Assembly (NCBI GenBank): GCA_026397015.1
Contig: JAPLVR010000003.1
Span: 283,280 to 347,279 of the forward strand
DNA length: 64,000 nt
Reading direction: 5' to 3'
Source: Candidatus Iainarchaeum sp.
Lineage (GTDB): Archaea > Iainarchaeota > Iainarchaeia > Iainarchaeales > JAAZKV01
The notes under the pieces were generated by a model that saw nothing but the letters and a program-made list of their open reading frames with translations, was not told the DNA's origin and searched no databases. Below, piece by piece: positions 58,691 to 64,000 of the stretch. How positions within the stretch are numbered: position 1 is the first letter of the stretch; each line of letters starts with the position of its first letter. The position numbers and the translations under genes are program-made.

Positions 58691-59611
58691 TTGAAGGCGA
58701 AACAAATGAAATGGGCGAGCGGTGCCGAAAAAAAATACTTGCAAAACTCGAAAGTAGAGTCGGCGATTAGCTCGCCGAGAACCGGAAAAATAGCCCTCTT
58801 CTTTGCGACAATCCTGTTCGTGCTGTTGCTTTTTTTTCTAACAAACGCGAGCCTCCCGAAAATAACCGCTTACGACTTGGGGGCATTCGCACTTCTTTTT
58901 GCTGCATACTATGCAATAAAGGGTTTCGCGTTTCAACAGACTTTCGCAGCGCTCGCGCAAAAAATTTCTTTTACGGCATCGCTGAAAAGCTTCTTTGTAA
59001 GCGATTTTGTTGAACTGGTAAGCTTTTCCGGAAAACTCGGCGGCGATGCTTCAAAATTCCTGATTTTCAGGAACAAGGTTTCACAGAAAGAACTCCTGGT
59101 GGCGATAATACTTTTCAGGGTAATAGGGGTTGCTTCGCTTGCAGCGACGGTTGCGTTGTTCGTTTTGTGGGAGGCAAAATTATTCGGACTCATTGCTGCA
59201 ATCTCTCTGGGCGCGCTTGTTGCGACAGCGGTTTACTTCAAAACAACCGCAAAAAATGAAAAGCACAACTATTTCAGGCTCGCGATATCGTTCGCCGCAA
59301 ATACCGTTTGCCAAGTATTGAGCGTCCTCACAATGCTTTTGGCAGCAATTATTTTCGGGATACCCATAACGTCACTTTCATGGCTCGTGGGCGCGTTCAT
59401 AGTTTCGCGGAGCATAGGGATTGTAACGCTGCTGCCATTTGGTTTTGTGACGCAGGATGTATCGTTCAGCATTTACCTCGCGCAGTTCCTTGATGTACAG
59501 GGACTGATTTCTTTCAACGCGTTCCTGAGGATTGTGAGCGTACTGCCCTCCACAATAATCGGGTGGTTCATTGTGAGCAAAAAAATTTCTGAAACAAAAA
59601 AACAAAGATAA
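58691..59611 (+). CDS. Flippase-like membrane protein (lysylphosphatidylglycerol synthase TM/UPF0104 family)
   Basis: About 8 TM; SGKLGGDASK, LPFGF..QD and FLRI pattern. Confidence 0.7.
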   Translation: MKAKQMKWASGAEKKYLQNSKVESAISSPRTGKIALFFATILFVLLLFFLTNASLPKITAYDLGAFALLFAAYYAIKGFAFQQTFAALAQKISFTASLKSFFVSDFVELVSFSGKLGGDASKFLIFRNKVSQKELLVAIILFRVIGVASLAATVALFVLWEAKLFGLIAAISLGALVATAVYFKTTAKNEKHNYFRLAISFAANTVCQVLSVLTMLLAAIIFGIPITSLSWLVGAFIVSRSIGIVTLLPFGFVTQDVSFSIYLAQFLDVQGLISFNAFLRIVSVLPSTIIGWFIVSKKISETKKQR

Positions 59612-59758
59612 AAAATTCCGCCACGGGCGAAAAACAAAAAAACCTTTCTGCTACATAACCGTTTTTTGTTGGTTCAAGATTTTTAAACAAATTCGTATAG
59701 AATAGGATCAACGGTTTGAGTTAAAGAAAAAAGTTCAACTTTTTAAGGAGAGGTTTTT

Positions 59759-60112
59759 ATGGTGAAAATTGTAACGGAATTGTTTCCTTTCAGACTGGCA
59801 ATAAAAAGAAGGGAGCCTGTTTCGCTGAAAATTGAGATTACGAATGATACTGAGAAGCCGCAGATAATTTCATATGAAGTTGCATTGGCAAACGAACTTG
59901 GATTCGAGAAGCAGGGATTGAATAATGTGCAAACAAAACAGATTGATTCAATGAAGCCCGGGGAAATGGTGAGGGAATATTACAAAATTTTTCCAAAAGT
60001 GACTGCGAGAGCCGGAGAGTATCCGATAAGAGTTACCGTTACTGAGCATTACAACAGCTTCAACTATGTTTTGGGAAGGAAAGTGAAAACCCTTAGTTTG
60101 ATTGTCGAATAA
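59759..60112 (+). CDS. Hypothetical small Ig-like protein
   Basis: Strong SD GGAGAGG; I.N, L.PGE-like MKPGE and GEYPI.V beta-sandwich pattern. Confidence 0.75.
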   Translation: MVKIVTELFPFRLAIKRREPVSLKIEITNDTEKPQIISYEVALANELGFEKQGLNNVQTKQIDSMKPGEMVREYYKIFPKVTARAGEYPIRVTVTEHYNSFNYVLGRKVKTLSLIVE

Positions 60113-60132
60113 AAATTAGCTTCAACAAAAAA

Positions 60133-60669
60133 TTATTTTTTTTTGCCCGCGCGCCTTTTCTCGCGTTGGGCCCTCAACTTTTCAGCTTTTGCAATTCTTT
60201 CCTTTGCCATGTCATTTACGTACTCTGCATAACCGCTATCCCCGCCGTGGCGCGATATTCCTGTTATTGCCTCAAGTATTATATTGTGTCTGCGCTCCGA
60301 ATCCCTGCGCTTGGCATAAACACCTTCATCAAAAGGAAACGCACGGTGATGCCCCGGATAATCTTTGGAACGCCTAAAATCACGTTCAAGTTTCCTCGTC
60401 ATTTTGTAATAAGTATTGTAGCGCGCCCTTGCTTTTTGCCCTTCTTTCCCGTGACTCAAAGTGTCAAACCCATATAAAGACATTTTTTTCAAATCATTTT
60501 TAGTAAAGCCCTTCCATCCCGGCGAAGTCGAAGTTACCTGTCCGAATTTATCCCTCTCAAGCCGGCGCCTGTTTCTCTTCCCTTTTCGAAAAGCAAAACT
60601 ATAATTGACCGGAACGCAAGATGATTTTCTTTTTTTTGGAGAATTAGTTCTAACTTTTAACCTTGCCAC
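60133..60669 (-). CDS. Hypothetical Arg/Lys-rich protein
   Basis: Long ORF, probable GTG start at 60669; very basic; no motif recognised. Confidence 0.6.
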   Translation of the reverse strand: MARLKVRTNSPKKRKSSCVPVNYSFAFRKGKRNRRRLERDKFGQVTSTSPGWKGFTKNDLKKMSLYGFDTLSHGKEGQKARARYNTYYKMTRKLERDFRRSKDYPGHHRAFPFDEGVYAKRRDSERRHNIILEAITGISRHGGDSGYAEYVNDMAKERIAKAEKLRAQREKRRAGKKK

Positions 60670-60824
60670 ATGGACCACAATAAAAATTGCCGCTTCCGAC
60701 AATTTAAACGTTTGCTTTTTGCCAAAAAGTGATAAGAAAAGCGAAAGAGAAAACCTTTTATCTTAATCAATCAATATTATCATTATTAGTCATGGAATTT
60801 GCCTACAATTTGGAGTGATAAAAT

Positions 60825-61070
60825 ATGGTAAACGAAATTTCAACGGGAGTGCTTCGCACGCCTGAAATGAGAGATTCGAGCAGGGTGCAGGGCAAAGCCG
60901 CCCAAGATTCTGAGGCTGAACGATCTCAGATAATAAGGGAATTCAGGCTGACTGAAGAGGATAATCCTTCAATGCCGAAAAAAATTATCCTGCTAAAGGT
61001 ATCTAGAAGGCTCGGCGTAAGCGTCGAAAAAATTGAGAAGGCAATGAGCAGCTGCCGGCCGTACGAATAA
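60825..61070 (+). CDS. Hypothetical small protein with HTH-like C-terminus
   Basis: SD GGAGTGA; KVSRRLGVSVEKIEKAM. Confidence 0.65.
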   Translation: MVNEISTGVLRTPEMRDSSRVQGKAAQDSEAERSQIIREFRLTEEDNPSMPKKIILLKVSRRLGVSVEKIEKAMSSCRPYE

Positions 61071-61114
61071 ACAATGATTTTTGTTTTTGCAAAGCATTAA
61101 ATCGATGTGATGAC

Positions 61115-61210
61115 ATGGGAGTTATTCGCTCTCCGGAAATGAGGGAGCCAAGCAGGCTGGGAAGCGGCAGAGACAACTTAAGGGCGCTTCCAGCGAATAA
61201 GTTTTTTTAA
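61115..61210 (+). CDS. Putative 31-aa peptide paralogous to the N-terminus of the upstream ORF
   Basis: MGVIRSPEMREPSRLGSGRDNLRALPANKFF*, preceded by GTGAT; matches GVLRTPEMRDSSRV of 60825-61070. Confidence 0.45.
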   Translation: MGVIRSPEMREPSRLGSGRDNLRALPANKFF

Positions 61211-61267
61211 ATCGCAAAGTTTGCCAACCAAAAAATAGTTAAATATCGGCAGGCCTAATTTAGTCGG

Positions 61268-61483
61268 ATGAACCCGGCGAAGATTGCGAAAAGAAAAAAA
61301 ATGCCGATGAGCCCGCTGGAAAGAATGCGCATGGAAAATCTGGAAGGCGAGAGGCATCGGCAGGCGCTCTTGAAACATGAGAAGAAAATATACGAAGCGC
61401 GGGAAACGCAGGCGAAAGTAAACAGGGAAGATTATGAGAGAATGCTTTTGATGAACGAGAAAAAAAAGCAGGCGGAGAGATGA
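61268..61483 (+). CDS. Hypothetical small charged helical protein
   Basis: 71 aa, E/K/R/M-rich; stop abuts the next start. Confidence 0.55.
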   Translation: MNPAKIAKRKKMPMSPLERMRMENLEGERHRQALLKHEKKIYEARETQAKVNREDYERMLLMNEKKKQAER

Positions 61484-61486
61484 GCA

Positions 61487-62401
61487 ATGATGGCAAAAAA
61501 ATCCAGACCGAAATTGCCCACTGCAAGAAGCGCAATTGAAGCTGCAGCAAGAAGCGGAAAAGGAATAAGATGGTGGCAAAGACTCATTCACCCGCGGCTG
61601 AAAAACTATTATTTTGAAATCGCCATGGGAAAAAAGCCCGGAAAAAGCCCCGTTGATATTTCACATTCAAGGGGCAAGTACTGGGTAAAATATTATCCGG
61701 AGACTGCAAAAACTATGATTCACACTCACACGTTTGAAGGGAAAAAAAGGCAAAGGCTGGCGAATTCGACAAAGATTGAAAATATTTTGGATCAGGACGC
61801 GCTCAGCATGGGCGACATTTACGACATGATTGCAGAAAACTCCAAATCAAAATTTGAAATTGTTTCCATAACTGAGGACGGAAACGAAGTGGAAAGGTAT
61901 TTTTTCAAAAAACCGAAAAATATGGAAGAGGCTAGAAAAAAATTCGAATTAGTAGATGTTGAATCTTATCTTGCCATTGGAAGGGATTTGGCGCGCGCAT
62001 ATAGAGAAATCGAACGAAAAAAAATGGAGCGTTGCGGCGGGCATTTTGACGAATTAGAATTCCGGCGCCGCATTCAACTGAACGCAAAAATTGCCCTTGA
62101 GAAGTTTGCGGCGAAAAAGGTACTGCGTTCGCTCGAAATTCATGACCGCGAAAAGTGCCAGAGGATTCTGGACCTTGTGTCAGAAAGGGCAAGGCGGGAA
62201 TGGATGCGAAAGGAGTGGAACAAGGATCTTATTTCGGATCCCGTATTGGCGGAAATAGACCGTAAGTTATTCAAGGAGCTTGGCGTTTTGACGCGCGTGA
62301 AATTCCAATGGCGTTTCGATATCCAAATGGAGAATATTGATTCCGTTCTTCACTACAACTATTGGGGAAGGTTAACCGGCGACAAGCTTCTTTCCAGCTA
62401 G
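61487..62401 (+). CDS. Hypothetical protein with JAB/MPN-like HxH...SxxD motif
   Basis: TMIHTHT...DALSMGDI followed by EIVSIT.DG; basic N-terminus. Confidence 0.6.
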   Translation: MMAKKSRPKLPTARSAIEAAARSGKGIRWWQRLIHPRLKNYYFEIAMGKKPGKSPVDISHSRGKYWVKYYPETAKTMIHTHTFEGKKRQRLANSTKIENILDQDALSMGDIYDMIAENSKSKFEIVSITEDGNEVERYFFKKPKNMEEARKKFELVDVESYLAIGRDLARAYREIERKKMERCGGHFDELEFRRRIQLNAKIALEKFAAKKVLRSLEIHDREKCQRILDLVSERARREWMRKEWNKDLISDPVLAEIDRKLFKELGVLTRVKFQWRFDIQMENIDSVLHYNYWGRLTGDKLLSS

Positions 62402-62474
62402 GCTTATTTCAAATGGGCACAGTAAAACGCGCAAATTGTTGGACAACATTTTTTTCGCCACATCCTCTTTTGAT

Positions 62475-63233
62475 TTATTTTTTGTAAGCCGCTATTTTCA
62501 AACTTTCAAGCGGAATGCCCTGGTACTGGCTTTTGCTTATTTTTTTATCCTCTGAAAGAATCTTTACTTTGAAACCCGCGTTTTCAACCAGTTTCAAGTA
62601 TTCTTTTTTTAAAACTGCTCCGCCGACGCAGCCGACAACAAGCTTTTTGTCTTCCCTTTGCCACTCGGAAAGCTCTTTCAGCAAAACAATGTCGGACACC
62701 AGCATTTTCCCGTTCTTTTTCAAAACCCTGTGTGCTTCGGCAAAAACTTTTGATTTATCGGGAGCGAGATTTATTACGCAATTGCTTATTACAACATCAA
62801 CAGAATTATCCTCAACCGGCAATTTTTCTATATCCCCGAGCCTGAATTCAACATTCTTGTAACCGTATTTTTTCGCATTTTCTTTCGCATTTTTTATCAT
62901 CTGCCTTGTCATGTCCACCCCGATTACTTTTCCGGTTTTGCCGGCTTTTTTTGCCGCAAGAAAACAATCAAAACCCGCCCCCGAACCAAGGTCAAGAACA
63001 GTTGCCCCTTCAGCTATTTCCCCCAATGCGGTCGGGTTGCCGCAGCCAAGCCCGAGGTTAGCTTCGGGCACTGTTTTAATTTCCTTATCGGAGTAACCGA
63101 TTGTTTTCGCCAATTCTTCGTTGCTTGTGTTGCTGCAACCGCAGGAACAGCCGGTTCCCGCACTGGCTATTCGCCCATAGCCTTCCCTGACAATTTTTTT
63201 TATCTGTCCGGCATTTTTTCGCGCTTTTTTCAT
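62475..63233 (-). CDS. arsM: Arsenite S-adenosylmethionine methyltransferase
   Basis: NLGLGCGNP, VLDLGSGAGFDC, VIGVDMT, ISNCVINL.PDK and GCVGGA; start ATG 63233. Confidence 0.92.
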   Translation of the reverse strand: MKKARKNAGQIKKIVREGYGRIASAGTGCSCGCSNTSNEELAKTIGYSDKEIKTVPEANLGLGCGNPTALGEIAEGATVLDLGSGAGFDCFLAAKKAGKTGKVIGVDMTRQMIKNAKENAKKYGYKNVEFRLGDIEKLPVEDNSVDVVISNCVINLAPDKSKVFAEAHRVLKKNGKMLVSDIVLLKELSEWQREDKKLVVGCVGGAVLKKEYLKLVENAGFKVKILSEDKKISKSQYQGIPLESLKIAAYKK

Positions 63234-63403
63234 TTGAATCAAATCTTGACAATCCCGTATGAAATAATTTAATTGCTTGGTTGTTTTAAAAATACGCTTG
63301 AAGAATAAAAGCACGATTTGTTGGACATTTTGGTGGGGGCGTTGGGAGGTTAAAAAAAGAAAAACAAAAAGCTGTTTTTTTATGAATCCAATGGTTTCGA
63401 TTA

Positions 63404-63814
63404 TTAATTTACTTTGATATTTTCGAGTATTAGTTTTCCGGTTGCTAAGTCGCTGCAATAGTCCCAAGTATTCACGGCATATATTTCTCCTGGTTGCCCA
63501 GTAGTGCAATATTTTTCAGTAATTGTGTCGGTGCAGCAAGCTTTTCCGCAATTACCGTCTGCGTACGGGCATTCGTGAATGCAATCAGCTATTTTTTGGC
63601 CATACGATTGCCTGCAAAGCTGCTTAACAGCATTTTCAAGAGTGTTAATTCTTTCTTGTTGTGCAAGTATTTGTTCGTCAGTTGTTAAACCTCCGCTTGC
63701 AATATTAGCAATGTTATTTGGCGAGGTTGTGCCGTTTTCTTGAACGCACCCTGAAAGTTGGGTTAGGAATAATATTGTGATAAGAAGTATTGAAGGTGCA
63801 AAGTAGTTTTTCAT
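63404..63814 (-). CDS. Putative Cys-rich lipoprotein
   Basis: Signal peptide with lipobox-like LSGC, short coiled coil, then eight further Cys. Confidence 0.7.
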   Translation of the reverse strand: MKNYFAPSILLITILFLTQLSGCVQENGTTSPNNIANIASGGLTTDEQILAQQERINTLENAVKQLCRQSYGQKIADCIHECPYADGNCGKACCTDTITEKYCTTGQPGEIYAVNTWDYCSDLATGKLILENIKVN

Positions 63815-63875
63815 CTTTAACTATGTAACATTCTTTGTATTTAACCTTTTCCTGTTTCTGGACTCTGGGACAGAA

Positions 63876-63998
63876 TTAGGTTGGGTGTAGGATTGTTGTG
63901 ATGTAGTTGTGTAGGGTCATTCTGGTTGACATGGTTGTTATGATTCTGTTTTCTTTTTTTTGGCGTATTATGCCAAAGCGTTTTTTGTCTGCTGAGTG
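63876..63998 (-). mobile_element. 3' end of a putative DDE transposase (IS4/IS5/ISNCY-like), truncated by window edge
   Basis: Manual translation HSADKKRFGIIRQKKENRIITTMSTRMTLHNYITTILHPT* fits the S..K.RFG..R.....HN tail after the catalytic Glu; atypical A/C-rich coding strand. Confidence 0.6.
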
Positions 63999-64000
63999 GC

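Noticed and set aside
1-64000. DGR reverse transcriptase or template repeat; tRNA/rRNA genes
   Set aside because: No RT motifs in any ORF and no second copy of the VR was found by eye. GC-rich spacers (1730, 12820, 22400, 39950) lack tRNA T-loop/D-loop signatures. A computational scan could still find something missed.

Overview
Gene-dense archaeal chromosome segment, most likely a DPANN archaeon (Iainarchaeota/Diapherotrites-like). The lineage call is inferred from PolD, aIF2-gamma, Rpo7/Spt4, eS6/eS24/eS31, SepF, DnaK, CarS and Lys/Glu-rich tails. Positions 1-30 kb hold core information-processing genes: translation factors, r-proteins, KEOPS/t6A genes, grpE-dnaK-dnaJ with an inserted AT-rich LAGLIDADG gene, a DUF92-CarS-archaeosortase trio, secDF, polD, and cdc6 beside a candidate oriC. 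Positions 31-40 kb hold an operon of three very large exported proteins. Positions 40-52 kb hold more core genes (hel308, NAC, FKBP, proteasome beta, aCPSF1). Between 44 and 59 kb lie four class III signal peptide (type IV pilin-like) genes with different C-terminal heads. One ends in a DUF1566/CLec domain whose last ~40 codons look like a diversity-generating-retroelement variable region, yet no RT or template repeat is visible in the window. This is the best candidate for an undescribed system: a DGR-diversified, modular pilin/adhesin repertoire. Positions 60-64 kb are accessory: orphans, arsM, a lipoprotein and the 3' end of a transposase. No rRNA, tRNA or CRISPR array was recognised. All calls are by eye from motifs; no searches were run.
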